Positions 48,745-62,979 of a DNA stretch of 64,000 nucleotides are shown here, in pieces (the first letter of the stretch is position 1; each line of letters starts with the position of its first letter). Source of the DNA: Lama guanicoe (taxonomy: Eukaryota); contig MU054187.1 in assembly GCA_013239625.1 (NCBI GenBank), forward strand, positions 20,711,280-20,775,279. Reading direction: 5' to 3'. Under the pieces are notes generated by a model that saw only the letters and a program-made list of their open reading frames with translations, had not been told where the DNA came from and searched no databases. The translations under genes were made by a program, and so were the position numbers.

Positions 48745-50920
48745 TGAGTCATTTTTATTTCAGAGTAATGTTCCATTATAGAAGTATACTAAAATATGAA
48801 CCCTCCTACACTGCTGGTGGGAAGGCAGTTTGGTGCAGCCACTATAGAAAACAGAATGGAGATTCCTCAAAAGACTAGGAATACACTTACCATATGACCC
48901 AGGAATCCTGCTCCTGGGCATATATCCAGAAGGAACCCTACTTCAAAAAAACACCTGCACCCCAGTGTTCATAGCAGCACTATTTACAATAGCCAAGACA
49001 TGGAAACAGCCTAAATGTCCATCAACAGATGACTGGATAAAGAAGGTGTGGTATATTTATACAATGGAATACTATTCAGCCATAAAAACCGACAACATAG
49101 CGCCATTTGCAGCAACGTGGATGTCCCTGGAGAATGTCATTCTAAGTGAAGTAAGCCAGAAAGAGAAAGAAAAATGCCATATGAGATCGCTCATATGTGG
49201 AATCTAAAAAAAAAGAACATACATACAAAACAGAAACAGACTCATAGATATAGAATACAAACTTGTGGTTGCCAAGAGGAAAGGGGGTGGGAAGGGACAG
49301 ACTGGGATTTCAAAATGTAGAACAGATAAACAAGATTATACTGTATAGCACAGGGAAATATATACAAGATCTCGTGGTCGCTCACAGCGAAAAAAAAGAA
49401 TGTCACAATGAATATATGTATGTTCATGCATAACTGAAAAATTCTGCTCTACACTGGAATTTGACACGACACTGTAAACTGACTATAACTCAATAAGAAA
49501 TGTAAAAAGAAAAAATAAGTATACTAAAATATGGTTACTCCTTATATTGATGGAAATGGGGTTGTTTCTAGTTTGAGGATGTTATGAATAAATCTGTTAT
49601 TATAAACTTTCATGGATATTTTCCTGTGGACGTATGTAGACGTTCTCCTCGAAACACACTCATGAGTGGAATTTTGGGGTTACAGGGTAGGTGTATATTT
49701 AGTTTTATGAAAAATCTGCCAGACTAATCCCTAAAGTCATACATCATTCATTCTCACCAGTGATGTGTTCTATTGCACCACCTCCTCACCAACACCTGTG
49801 AAGCTTTTCATTATTTTTCCCACACAGTAGGTAAATAGAGGTATATAATTATGATTTTAACTTGTATTTCCCTAATGCCTAGTAATGCTGAGCACTCTTT
49901 AACATCCTTACTGGCCATTCATATATTTTTTGTTTGTTTGTTTAGTGCTTTTTGCCCATTGTTATTTTACTTTTGTGGTGATTTACTATTGAGTTGTAAT
50001 ATCTTATTATACATTCTGGATACGTCATTTTCTAGGTCTCTGTATTATAAATATTTTCTTTAACCTGTGGCTTGAATATTTATTTTATGAATGATATCTT
50101 TTGAAGAGCAAAGGTTTTCAAAGTGAAGTCTAATGTATTACTTTTTATTTTATAGCTAATGCTTTCAGGACCCTGTGTGAGATTTCCTTACACCACGATC
50201 ACAAAGACATTGACCTTCCTCTACCATATTTTCGTTTGGAAAGCTGTATTTGTTAGATATTGCATTTAGGTTTGTGATCCACATTGAATTAGTATTTGTG
50301 AATGTTTTTAGGTAGATGCTGCTTTTCATGTTTTTCAATATCCAGTTCCAATTGTTAAAAAAGCTTTCCTTCCCCATTGAATTGCTTTGGAGCATTGTCT
50401 GAAAATCAGTTGAATATATGTGTTTTAGGTCCATTGGGATTTTTTCATCTGGTCAATTGATGTATTATTAATATTATTTTTTGCTATTATCACACTATCA
50501 AATACTGAAACTCTGTGGTAAATGTAAAAATCTGTTTACATAGGTCTCCATTTTTTTTTCTAAATTGTTTTGAAAACAATTTAGAATTCTAAATTTTTCA
50601 TAGAATTTTTTCATTTTAGAAATCTTTAATAAATTTGATATACATTTTAGAAAAACTTTACAAATTTAAAATATCATACTTTTGTGATTTTAATGGGTTT
50701 GGATTGGATCTAGAAAAAAATATGAGAAATGCCATCAAAATTGAGAATTTCAATCCATGAACATAGTATATCTCTATAATTATTCAGGTCTTTAATTTCT
50801 CTCAGCTATGTCAGACAGTTTTCTGTGCAGGATTTTTACCCATAAAGTCATTAAATTTAGCCCTCAGTATTTTATAAATTGTCATACTATTTAAAAAGTA
50901 TTGCTTTTCAACTATAATTA
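48745..50920 (-). mobile_element. Old L1 (L1M-type) ORF2 3' region, antisense, interrupted by the young L1
   Basis: Antisense L1 phrases TTGATGGAAATGGGGTTGTTTCTAGTTT, GAGTGGAATT, TTTTAACTTGTATTTCCCTAATG, CTTTCCTTCCCCATTGAATTGCTTTGG and TTTCAATCCATGAACATAGTATATCTCT. The sequence is continuous across the TSD. Confidence 0.85.
48799..49516 (+). mobile_element. Young camelid L1 3' end (ORF2 C-terminus plus 3' UTR)
   Basis: FIAALFTIAKTWKQPKCPSTDDWIKKVWYIYTMEYYSAIK...ILSEVSQKEKEK; A-rich tail. Perfect 17-bp TSD AAGTATACTAAAATATG at 48782-48798 and 49517-49533. Confidence 0.97.
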
Positions 50921-51149
50921 TAACATGGGGAAAAAAACAGCATTAAATCTCTGAAATTAGATACATCTTATTTCAAAATCTAGCTTTTCTACTTTCTAGT
51001 TTTTTTAACTTGACTGTGCATCTTAAATAATTTGTTTCCTCATCCATAAAATAATGAAGAAATACGTACTTGTAACCATAATTTTAATTTTTTTTCATTA
51101 CTTGATATTTCTCCCACTTTGGATTTGGATATCCTGTATTATGAGTAAT

Positions 51150-51627
51150 GACAGGAGGCAGAAATAAGAAGACCAGAACTTCACTTTCTCTTCTCTGATT
51201 GTTAGGGAATGAATATATAATCAATGCTAAGACAGTTGCTTCCAATCACCCAGGATTTTAACTTATTTTCAGAAGTGAAGCAGGTAGGGGGAATGGTGAA
51301 TTAATAATGGCCACAGGGATAATGGCAAACAAGTTAACTTTGCAGAGGCAAATGGAAACAAACCCAGCAATGAGCCCAGTGTCCCGGGCTGGCAATGCAA
51401 TGGCCAGAGCTGTGAGTCTCCGGTTCTCTCCAGACTTACTTTGTGTTAGGAATGTGGCCATGTCTGGCTGCCCAGCCTCCTTTGCTCATGCTTGTTTTGT
51501 AAGCCTGGCTCTCCAAACTTTCCAGGAACACTATGCGATACCTTAAATCCCTGCAATTAAATATCTTTCTGTTTAATTATCCAGAGTCAGCGTCTATTGC
51601 TTTCTACCAAGAACCCTAACTAGTATC
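51150..51627 (+). mobile_element. LTR33-like ERVL LTR
   Basis: 3' end ATTAAATATCTTTCTGTTTAATTATCCAGAGTCAGCGTCTATTGCTTTCTACCAAGAACCCTAACTAGTA. Confidence 0.65.
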
Positions 51628-53503
51628 CTCTTTCACAGAAATCATGTGAGCCTTAAATGAGATAAATAAAGAATCTGTTATAGCGCCTACCCCAGAGTAA
51701 GCAAGCAAAAAGTATTAGGTCTTTCTCATATTTTAAGTATTGCATTCCACTAGGATTTCCCTTTAAATTCTTCTTATCAATAGAATGCTTAATATAGATC
51801 ATAGATAACATGCATCTTTAATGAATATTCAAATCTCTCTCATTTCAGGTTAATATATTGTATAATCACCCTAGGATGCAGCAGAGAATTCCCCCCAACT
51901 TACTTAATAGTCTGGACTTTCATAAAATCAAAATATCTTGAACCCCTAAAAGCTGTAACCACATATTAATATCTAGCAAAAGAAGGGAGATTTAATCCCT
52001 AAGCTTCAGGATCTTCCTTAGAATGTATTTTAGCCTGAAATGTATTAGGGAGGAAAAAGAAAAGTTATGCAAGAAATAAAATATTGAGACTCCTACGCTG
52101 TTCTTATGAGAATTCTAACCAATGAAATAATGGTTTCTGTCTAGAATTGTGTTCTATTTTCTGCCAATAAAATGTCGCATCCCATTTGCTTTTACTTAGG
52201 CGAGGTATTTGTTTGAAAGCTCTATGGATTTTTCCATAATAAATCCCTAATTCTTATTCGGTAGCATTCCAAAGTGTTTTTCTACAAACAGACATTTTGT
52301 TCAATTAAGTTTGGCTCTAAGACTTGCTTTTGTATTCTTCTCTTATATGAATTAAATATATCATTTCTCCGCTCTATTTCCTATTTACTTTCAAAGCTTC
52401 CATAAACACACGGCTATGTCTTACATATTTCATTTGGTAATGGTATTGAACCAAGATCTTTGCAGTATTAATCAGATCTCAGGAGAAAACTCTTTCTACA
52501 TGCTTTTCCACTCACTGTACCATTATTGTTTTTATTACACCAATTTTTAAAGACCAGGTTTTTCTACCTAGACTATTATTCCTCCCAGCGCAAAATATAG
52601 TTTGCCTCTATTTCTGAGACACGGATAGAAATTTGAAGCCCAATATTATTAAGGAGTTTTAACCATACAGATATAGCCACTGGATTGACCACAGCATTGG
52701 AAGTCGAAGACTTGTTTCAAGTCCCAACTGTAACCTTTTTTTTGCTGTTGTTATATGATTTCAAACTCATTGAAACTTGGCTTCTTTCAACTGTAGAATG
52801 GGGACACTGTGGGTAATTTGTACTCTATCTACTCGGAGTGCTACCTTGAGCATTAGATGGCATGATATGCCTAAGAGCAATTTGCTAAACCAAATAGCAC
52901 TTCAAATTGCTTCTCTCTATGAAAGCACTTATCACAATGTCTGGTAATTATCTGTTAACTTGTCTGTCACCCCCTTCTAAATCCTTTCCTCCTTGAAGGA
53001 AAGATAAATGAATGAAAATGTAAATTACAAGTTTCAGAGCCAATAAGAATATCATGCTACTAGAAATTCAAAAGATTTTCACAACGTGCTGTGCTTTTAC
53101 AATAGTGTTGCTTCTTGTTTAAATTTAGAAACAATTTACATACACTCTGCTCCCACTTTACTTTTTCTCTCATTGGTTTCTTAAATACAAAATGAAAAAG
53201 AGTTAAAGAGAAAGTATGTGGCTGTAAAAACCTTACTGTTTAGACAATGGCATGTATATAGGAGAACATGTCAGTAATTAGTAATGGAAAGCAAAGTGTT
53301 TAAAGCTTTCTTATTTTTTAAATAAAACTATGATTTTTAGATTTAATATATTTTATAAACAATTTGCCCCTGTATAATTTTGGAGAACACTTATTTAAAT
53401 ACAATAATTCTTCTTATTATAATTAAAGACCTTAGAGCCAAAAAAGGGAAATTATGTGACTTACAGTGGTACAGATGGAGTCATTTCTGCATTGTTGGTT
53501 ATA

Positions 53504-54318
53504 CAGTTGACCCTCGAACAACACAGGTTTAAACTGCACAGGTCCACTCATACACGGACTTTTTTTTCAATAAATATATTGGAATAATTCTTGCAGATTT
53601 GAGACAATTTGGAAAAAATTCACAGACAAACCACTTAACTCTCTCATAATTGAAGAAACAGCATATTCAGTCTATTATCACAGATTTTTTTAGTGAACCC
53701 AATATTGTATTATGAATATGACTGCTGTACTGAATTCCACAAAAATTTTATAATGATTTATTCATTAGTGTATATGCTGGGTTACCATGAAGCAATCATA
53801 TCAATTATACTTGGCTACTATAAAGCAATCACATTGCTGTTTCTTCATTATCGATGTGTGCATTGATTGATATATCTGAATGACTTTTTCACACTATCAT
53901 TTCTTTTTGATGTCTAATATTATGTATAGCACCAACAGTGTTTTCCATAATATTAGTGTAATATTGCATATATAGCATCTACAGTATTTTCTATAATATT
54001 AGACAATCTTTATGTAGATACTGACAGACTATTCCTCTTGTAAACAGACACCAAAAACTCACAGTAGTGACAAGTGCAGTACAATACTGTCAATGTATTT
54101 CCCCGTCCTTATGATTTTCTTAATAAAATTTTTCTCTACCTTATTTTATTGCAAGAATACAGTATATAATACATAAAACATACAAAATATATTCTGATTT
54201 ACTATTTGTGTTATCAGTAAGACTTCCAGTCAACATGGTAGTTAAGTTTAAGGGAGTCAGAAATTCTACCCTAGTTTTCTACTGTGTGAGGGTCAGTGCT
54301 TCTATACCCCCCACATTA
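53504..54318 (+). mobile_element. Tigger2 / MER28-like DNA transposon, internally deleted
   Basis: TA target followed by TIR CAGTTGACCCTCGAACAACAC. Right end GTAGTTAAGTTTAAGGGAGTCAGAAATT... with an eroded TIR. Confidence 0.85.
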
Positions 54319-56649
54319 TAAATCTTATTTCTATTTTTATGTTTTAAAAGTGCATTGAAGTCACTTATCACTCAGAATGCACCGAAAACATGTTATTTTT
54401 AATTGGGGATGTTACTGAAGAAGTCATTGCCTAACTGATTTTCAGATTAAATAGTGTTTATATGAGAACTTGGTAGGAAAATCCTTTCTCATGGTAATGA
54501 ATAAAGTCAGTAAAAGTATAGTCACTCTAAATTTTCCCTTTTGTTTTGGGCCAAGATTTGAAGAGAGAGCCCTGAAAAGCATTTCTGTCATGAAAAATAC
54601 CTCTGTGTCTTTGAGTGGCATAAATTATCATGTTTCATTGAAAACTGTAACTTTAACAAAAGCAAGTGACTAATATGTGTCTCCAGAGACCTTGGATGGC
54701 AGTTGTGAATAACAAGGATGTAGAACAATTATGTGAAGATCTAGCAAGTAAATCGTCTTTCTGACTTTTCATTTATCAAGTATTCATTGAGTATATTTTA
54801 TATCAAATACCGTGTTAGGCAGTAAAGCTCAAAGATGAGCACAATTATTCTGAGAGCATCTTAACGGATGCATAGAATTTAATAAAGCTGGGAGACAGGT
54901 GAAACAAACAGCCAGAAGGTTGTGCAGAGAGTTTGTCTTCTCAACACCAGAGGCCCTGGATAAGAGCCCCAAATCTTTTATTGACTAGTCCTCTGATGTT
55001 GGTCAAGCCATTTTGCCTCTCTGAATTTTCTGTATCAGTGAATTCTAGATGAAAATATTATCTTCCTTATGAGGATATTAGTGATATCATTTGAAATAAC
55101 ATGGGAGGAAACTTCATATCCCAAATGCTTAATTACTGCTATAGAAAAGGGATTTGGTATCAATTATAGATCACAGAACTAGAGTCACCATTTAAAATCC
55201 ATTACCACCAGGATAAATTCTTCTGTGTATTATTATTAGAATTATTCATTCTGATTATGGAATTAGAATTATTAGATATTATATATCTATTCTATGATGT
55301 ATGGAATATTTTCACATTTCATATATTTCAAAGTACAGTCCACAGTTTTTCATATATATTGAATTCTATTTTTTTATGGAGGAGAGATAGGTAATCAAAA
55401 ACATCGGTTAATTTTAAATGGCGCTGAGTTTTGTACACACATTGGTCAGAAGGACACTTGGAGTATAACATGCTAGACTGTTGAAGATTAAGTAACAGAG
55501 TAAGATGGTGTTTTAGCTCCCACATTTTGTGTGTGTCCTTAGAAAAACTTAGAATAACATCTAGTCTCAATTTTCTCATCTATAAAGCAAGTTTAATAAT
55601 GCTGCTTAACTCACAGTGGTTTTTGGTTTTGTCGGGTTTTTTTGGTTGTTGTTGTTTTGTTCAGTGAGATGTGGCTGTATGTAAATCTGCCAGAAGAGTG
55701 TCTGAACAAAGTAAATACTCAAGGAATACGAATGACAAGTTTACAGAAGTAAACTTATAAATGTTTCTGTTACCATTATACAGTGCATACAAGTAGCCTG
55801 GCAGCCTCATCATCCAGCCTTGACCCTCCTCTCCCACTGCCTTACAGCAGGCAGATAAAAAGCAAGTCAACAGCTAACCTGCTGAATACAGTATCCATGC
55901 ACAGGTAATCAGAATGGTTACATTAATAAACTTTACCCTCCTGCATGTCACTTATTAGAAATATCAACTGGTATTCTGCCAAAGCAGGGCAAGAACCACG
56001 TCTATGATGTGTACTTATATCATTCTAAACATCAAGTATGTTTGTAACTTGATAACAGTAGCTAACATTACACAGTGATATGGAAACCAAGCCTGAGGCC
56101 ATTAAAGAGTTAAAAGCAAAACCCAGGTTGTTTCAAATTACACACAGAACCTGGTAGAATGACATCAGAAAAGTAATATCACTTACTGTTCCAGCACACT
56201 TGAGAAGACCTTCCATTAGAATTCAGTTTTTAAGTTTTTCTCTACCCTTAGACAGCCAACATACTTTATATAACTGTTCTTACTTTCACAACTCAAAGCA
56301 GAGACAGAGACAATTTGCAAGTCAAAGGTGACCAGAAGTAGGTTCAGCAATCCCTTTCTAAAAGTCTATTGGAGCAGAATTGACTTCCTCAAGTAGCAAC
56401 AGGGCACATTCATGTTAATAACAACTTGGAAATAGTATTCTTGACATAGAATTGAACTTAAGGGCTCTATACTAAGACAGAATATTGACAAAAGCCAGAA
56501 TATTTTTCAAAGAAACTGTCAGTTCTTCTACATGATAGTGACCATCAGGAGGCCAGCTAGAATGAGACACAGACAAAGGTGTCCAGGAGACAGCAATGTG
56601 TTGTCAAGGAGCAGGTGGTAAGAATAGAACTAGGATATAGGTGTTCTTG

Positions 56650-56890
56650 AGATATTATTTATATGTAGTGAAATTCACATTTCTTAGAGATACTGCTCAA
56701 AGAATGTTTACCTTTGTATATACCAGCTAGGTCACTACCCATCCAGCTTAAGGTATAAAATATTTTCTTTACACCAAAAGCTTTATGACCTTCTGGTCCA
56801 TATCTTCCAGAGGTAGCCACCATTCTGATTTCTTTGGTCAGAGCTTAATTTTGTTTGTCATGGAACTTAATTAAATTGAACTGATACATT
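56650..56890 (-). mobile_element. Old L1 (L1MC/ME-type) 3' UTR fragment
   Basis: TAGTGAAATTCACATTTCTTA...CCAGAGGTAGCCACCATTCTGATTTCT...TTAATTTTGTTTGTCATGGAACTT. Confidence 0.7.
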
Positions 56891-58944
56891 CTTAAATAGG
56901 GATTTTAATTTATGGCATGTTTTCACATTAGATTTACTGTTTACCTTTTTACAATGTATTTGTTACTATTAATGGTATGGACTCAGTTATTTACCACTAA
57001 CCAATTCTTCCTGCTAGACTTATAAGTAATATGCACAATAATTACGTGTGCATCGTTAACCAACACCTTGTGAATCCAGGTGAAAACTGCAGGCAAGAAG
57101 ATATAACATTGTCCCTGTGGGTAGACTAGGTAAGCGGTGGTCATTACATAATGAGTGTCTCCTCCTTGAGCAAAGTCTGTGTGTGTGCTGTGTTACTTCT
57201 CAGTTCCCAGAGCTCTTTCACATGATTGCTTTGTTTGACACTTCGTACAACCCTGCAAAGTAATGAATATTTAAATGCATTTGATTGTTGATTATGAGTG
57301 GTGAGTTGCAGAGAAGTGATGGATTTGGTATCCAAAAGGAGTCTTATCTCTGTTATCCTACACTGCTTCCTCCTTGCCTGTAACGATTACAATCGTGCTA
57401 TCGAAGAGCGGTTTCTTACAAGCACTGCTCAGAAAATGCCTGGGGTTTAGCTCCAGGTGGTACCATAGCATAGTGGTCAATTTTCTTTCTCTGTTTTGTT
57501 CCTTTTAAAGATATTTATGTGGATAGGTGAGCAAAGCAAAAGAATATTCTGTTATTGCTAAAGGAAAGTTAAATAATCATAGTATTGGAAAGAAACAAAA
57601 AAGACATGGAAGAACGAAGGTGAGACAAAATTTGAGGGATCTGATCTCAGTTAACAACCACAGAGTAACAGTGCATTAGGCACGTTAATCCAGAGTCAAC
57701 CCGATTGCTGAAGATCTTCTCCCAGCAAGGGATCAGGGTACCTTGTCACTGAGTCCTTTCCCACTCAGTTGGAAGGATTCTTCCAGAGTCCAGAGCTTCG
57801 TAGGTTTAGAATACGTGTGGATTAGACTCATCCCTTAGAGAAGTTTTATGTTCAGCCAATCTCAGTAGAAGTTGAGAATAGACAATATTACATTTTAACA
57901 TTCCTTCTAGCTCAGGGTTTTATGATCCTTTGGAGATTCATAATTTCCAGTATCTATGACATTCCTTGGTATTAAGCTGCGTTTTTCTAATTTACTGCAT
58001 CACACTAAATGGTGCCCTAGTGGTCTGAAAAATGAATGTGTGCACCCAACCCTAAACACTGTATTTAGTACACTTGCCATGATTCCTCTCTTCTTTGCAT
58101 ATTTTTATCTACAATTATCTCTTGTGAGTGGAGAAAGAAATCTTTGTCAAAAAGCAGTATCAATTGAATTGTGTTCACCATATATTAGACAGAAGTTTAG
58201 GCTTCAGTTTTCTCGTTGCAGAAAATTGGGATATATATATATATAATCTCCAATTTACATATATATATACACACACATACACACACAGATATATTAAAGC
58301 ATTTTATATATATAATATATATAAACAAATATATATGATATATATATAAACAAAATAACTTCCCAAGGTGCTAAGTCAACAAAATTTCTAGCAAAATATT
58401 TCAAACATATGATAAGAATTTCTAAATACTAAATATATATATTTATATATCCCCTCTCTACATCCACTGAAGTTCAATCTGAATTAACTTTCAGATTAGT
58501 GTCTCTTCTGTATGTATTGTTCTCCTCACCTTATATAATATGACAGCCTCCTAACGGGTTTTCTCCTGTAATTTATGATTAAAGTGTAAAATGCAGTGTC
58601 AAAATGCAGTTGCCTTACTTCAGGATCTTTCAACTCTACCCAAAAAGCTTATAATGTGAAGTCCAATTTGCTTAACATAGCCAACAAAGCCATCACAGTC
58701 TTGCTCAACTTGTACCCTTCAGTATCCCATATCATCACTCATCCATCTCCTCCAGCTATCTTTAACTGCATCCAACTATTGGTCATTTCTTAAATAAGCC
58801 ATTTACGTGAGCTTCTGATACCCTGACCTTCTGTCTATGAGATGCTTCACCCACTTTTCCACATCATAAACATCATTCTTGGTTTACTTTTCTGTCTCTT
58901 AATCTCCCTCTTATTTTCAGGTCTGTGAACTAAAAGACATTGAA

Positions 58945-58979
58945 TTTGTTTGTTTGTTTGTTTGTTTGTTTGTTTGTTT
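58945..58979. repeat. (TTTG)n microsatellite
   Basis: Seen directly. Confidence 0.95.
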
Positions 58980-60869
58980 ATGTATACATTCATCAAAAAG
59001 CCTAGAGCTTGACACAGAAGAAACACACCTTTGACCTTTGGTATTTTCCTTTTTTATCTACGGGAAAATACAAGTTAGCAAATCCTTCATGTAAGATTGT
59101 GTACTACTAAGTGATCACTTTGGAACATCTACTTCAGTTGGTTTGGTGTGGGAAAAAAAAAAAAGAGAGAAAGGAGGATTCTCCTAAACACTGTCCTATA
59201 GGAATCCAAACAAGCGGCCCAGGAATTGCTCATTTACTTGTTTACACACTCACCCCCTTTTGTTTGTAACAGTGGCCTGTCAATGGTGCATAGACATTGC
59301 TGAATACACTTGCAAATATAGTCCTTACCTATTTGAAATTTGATATGACTATTCAGCTTGATTGACATGGTTATCATTTTGTGCCATTGTCATTCTCCAA
59401 TTATTGGCATCTTCTGTCAGGCATTTTGAGTGGTGCAGGAGATGGAGTCAGCAAATTGATACCTTTATTTTTACATTTAGATCTTTCAAACTCTTGAGTA
59501 GTGCCTGACTTATTGTCTGTGCCATTCCCTACATTACACATGTTCCAAGCACTTACTTCACTTTTTCTGGCTGTCTAAGATGCTTCTTAATGTTGTCACT
59601 CAGAGACAGTGAACTACAATGCTGAAGTACTCATTGTATTATTTCAATTTGTACCATGTAAAAAGCTAAACTACAATAGATTATCTACACCAGCCACTCT
59701 CGGCTAGCTAATGGAGATCTGGAATGAGAGTGGCATGTATGAGCAGAAATAGTGACACTGGAACAGCAGTCTAGAATTAGTGACTCATTCTTATTGTTAA
59801 ATACACCACGAGGTCAGCCTTAAATGTTTCCCATCGCTTTTCAAGAGCGGGGCCGAAATAATGGAGAATTCATTTTAAATTTATATACAAATAAGGTATA
59901 TTTCATAACTGTCATAGTAAGAAAACAGTCATTGTTACTCAAAAAATAGTACAAGCCTTTCTTTTTTTATCCTTCTTTCTGTTTTTGTCCTCCTTTAAAA
60001 AATTTTATCTTCATCCTTTCATTTTTCCATCTTTCATTTCTATATCAAGTATTTTGTAATATTCTTTTTAGTGAAAAATATTGTACTATGACCGGCAGGA
60101 AATGCTGATTTAAACAAAATGAATCAACAAACAGAAAAGTGCTTTCCTTTAACAAGAGCTATCTAGTATACATGCCTAGGAGTATATGTGGGTAGCCGGT
60201 GGTTTTCTTAGGAGGGAGAAAGAAGCAGAACAAAAAATAATAGCTATGGTAACAACCACAACAGGTAATGGTTAACAGATTACTATTCACCAGGAAATGT
60301 TCTAAGTACTATACATGCATTATATATTTAACCATCACAGTAAAATAATTTTACTAGAACCATAAAAGAGACAAATGGAGACTTACATAGCTGCAGATAG
60401 GGAGAAATTACATTTATCTAGGGATATGATTGTGAAATATTTCTGCAAGATATAACATTTGAATCTGCAATTAAGGGATGGATAATTTTGTGCTGGTAGA
60501 GAAGCAGTAGGTGAGGAACTGATTCTCAAACTAGACAGTACATACTTGTTACCTGGAACTTTCTTACAGAGTTTCATATACTTTTGAATCAGAATCTTAG
60601 GGTGATTCAGTTATGCAAAGAGGTAAGGGAATTCCCGTTTTAACAAATGACCTCAATAAAGCCAACAATCTACAAGACTGTGTCTGTGATGTTTGCAAAC
60701 CTTTGGATTATGAAATAACCTGAGATGAGCCTTGACCCAGGCTGGAATTGTAATTAGTTGAAATGGAAAGCTTTTAGGTACATATAAAGAAGAAATGGTT
60801 GATATCTCTGAAAAGATGACTGTTAGAAAATGAAGTTCTTGAATATAAAGCTACTACTTCTGGTACTTA

Positions 60870-61640
60870 TTTAAAATATTTTTTGAGAGCCAAATGCTGT
60901 TCAAGGCTTTATGGATCCAGCAATAATCAAGCAGATGTTTACACTTGTGGAGTTTGCCTGCTTATTAGGACAAACAATAAGCAAATATGAAAATAAGCAA
61001 GATTATCTTAGACACTGAGTGCTATGGGAAAGATGGAATCAGGGAGGGGACGGGGTCATCAGGACAGTAACTTTTAGAGAGATTTTAAAAATGAGAAGGA
61101 GCCATCCATAAGAAGATGAAGGGGAAAAAAAAAAAACAGTCCAAGGAAGGGAACAGAAAATACAGAGGTCTCAAAGCAGGGACCTACTTCACATGTTTGA
61201 GAAACAGAAGATATTGATTCAATTGGTAATAGTCCTCTATGAAATATATTAATAAGGGTTGACATTATTGTACTCAGAAGACTAATGTGGGGCAATATAA
61301 AAATTGGAGCATGTAGGGAGGTTAATGGAGAAGTCTAGCTGAAATTTATTTACAGTAGTTAAGGTAATAGGTACTAAATTCCTTCCCCAAGCAAATGACC
61401 TTAGGAATGGCCAAGAGATTAACACGCATTTTAAGAGAGATTTTTGGAGATGAAACTAACAAGACTTGTCAGCTGAGTAATATGAACTACCAACGTAAAG
61501 GGAAAGAGCAAAACTGGATTCAAAATTTTAAGTTTGCGTGATTTTATTTAACAGCACTACCAAGTGCGGAAAGTAAGGATATTGAGAAAAGAAGGAAAAT
61601 GAAGGGGCATTTAAAAATTTTGTTCTGATTATGTTAACTT
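60870..61640 (-). mobile_element. L2 LINE fragment
   Basis: TTATTTAAAATATTTTTTGAGAGCC...AGTGCTATGGGAAAG...ACATGTTTGAGAAACAG...ATTTTGTTCTGATTATGTTAA is a typical antisense L2 pattern. Confidence 0.65.
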
Positions 61641-61890
61641 CATTCGTGGAGATTGGGAATGATGCCTTCTACCGTTCATGTGGGGTATTTAAAACTTGCC
61701 TCAGAATAAGTACTCAGTATACTTCCTTTATTAGACAAATCATTATTCAGTTTGTCTGGATGTCATAGTCATTAGGCTTTACTTTCATTTGACCTAAAAA
61801 AGCTCTGAATGAGAAAGTCAAGCTCCACACTCTTGACGTGTATCTAGCTAACTCACAGTCTTGAGCAAGTCATTTTTCAGATTCAATTTT

Positions 61891-62000
61891 TTTTTTCTTT
61901 TGGGGGGAGGAGGTAATTAGATTTATTTATTTTAGAGAGGTACTGAGCACTGAACGCAGGACCTTGTGCATGCTAGGTTATTTGCTCTACCACTTGAGAT
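61891..62000 (-). mobile_element. Camelid Vic-1-type SINE, slightly 5'-truncated
   Basis: GGTAATTAG core and GAGGTACTGAG...TGAAC...CTCTACCACTTGAG; TSD ATTCAATTTT at 61881-61890 and 62001-62010. Confidence 0.88.
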
Positions 62001-62441
62001 ATTCAATTTTCTAATTAAAAAGGGAAGGATAAACAAGAAAACTTGGCTTATTCCATTTCTAAAAATTTATGATTTTATGATTCTTTTGAAATTTTAGTTA
62101 ATTTATGACAAGTTTTTTTCTTTAATGTTGTTTAAGTATAAATTATTTGCCTTTTCTAAAACATGTATTTATTCTCCATCCTTAGTGATTAAATACAACA
62201 TGTCCCCAAACATAAAAATAAAAATTAGAATTAATGACCGGGGAAGAGAAATTCTTGTGGCTATTCATAGCCATTTTGTATACTTTTAAAAATATTTTGA
62301 TTAAGAGATAATAATCTTTCATCATGGGCAACCAGCAGTAGAGTTAAGATGTATAATCCAGATCAGTGTTGTACTTAAATGCTTCACACAGGCTGCTCAT
62401 AGCATTCCTCATACATTTAAACCAATACTCATGTCCTCTGA

Positions 62442-62740
62442 TGCTAGAGACTATTTGTATCCACCCCAAATTCATATGTTAGAATCTAATCCGCAGTGTG
62501 ATGGTACTAGGAGGTGGGGGTTTGGGATGGTAATTAGGTCATGAATATGATTAGTGATCTTATAAAAGAAGTTTCAGACAGCTCCTTCACCCTTCCACCC
62601 CTAGAAGACAGTCTTGAACAAGTAGGTTGACCTAGATCTTGGACTTCCCAACCTCCAGAACTGTGAGGAATCAATTTCTTTTCTTTACAAACCACCCAGA
62701 TTATGGTATTCTGTTATAGCAGCTGAAAGAGACTAAGCCA
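62442..62740 (+). mobile_element. MLT1A-like MaLR solo LTR
   Basis: TGCTA...CCCCAAATTCATATGTT...GATCTTGGACTTCCCAACCTCCAGAACTGTGAG...GTTATAGCAGC...GACTAAGCCA; 5-bp TSD TCTGA/TCTGG. Confidence 0.9.
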
Positions 62741-62979
62741 TCTGGTTACACTTCTCTTGTAGGTATCATTGGCTTGAGGCAATCTTATTTTAAAAATTGA
62801 CTCATCCTTTGAAAATACTGGAAGAAACTGTTATGTCATGGTCAAGGGTCAGGGCAGATGTCAAGAACACTTCTATTTGTCTCTAAATCCTAAGACTTCA
62901 GTTAGCAAATGTGTATTATGCTGACATAAGACAAAGGATAACTTTCATGAATTAAAAAGTTGAGACTAATTATAAACTC

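Noticed and set aside
47430..49516. One internally deleted full-length L1 (5' UTR plus 3' end)
   Set aside because: The 3' piece has its own perfect 17-bp TSD and sits inside an older antisense L1, so it is an independent insertion.
434..62000. tRNA genes (tRNA-like A/B boxes at five sites)
   Set aside because: Each continues into the same SINE body and A-rich tail, mostly with TSDs; they are SINE heads.
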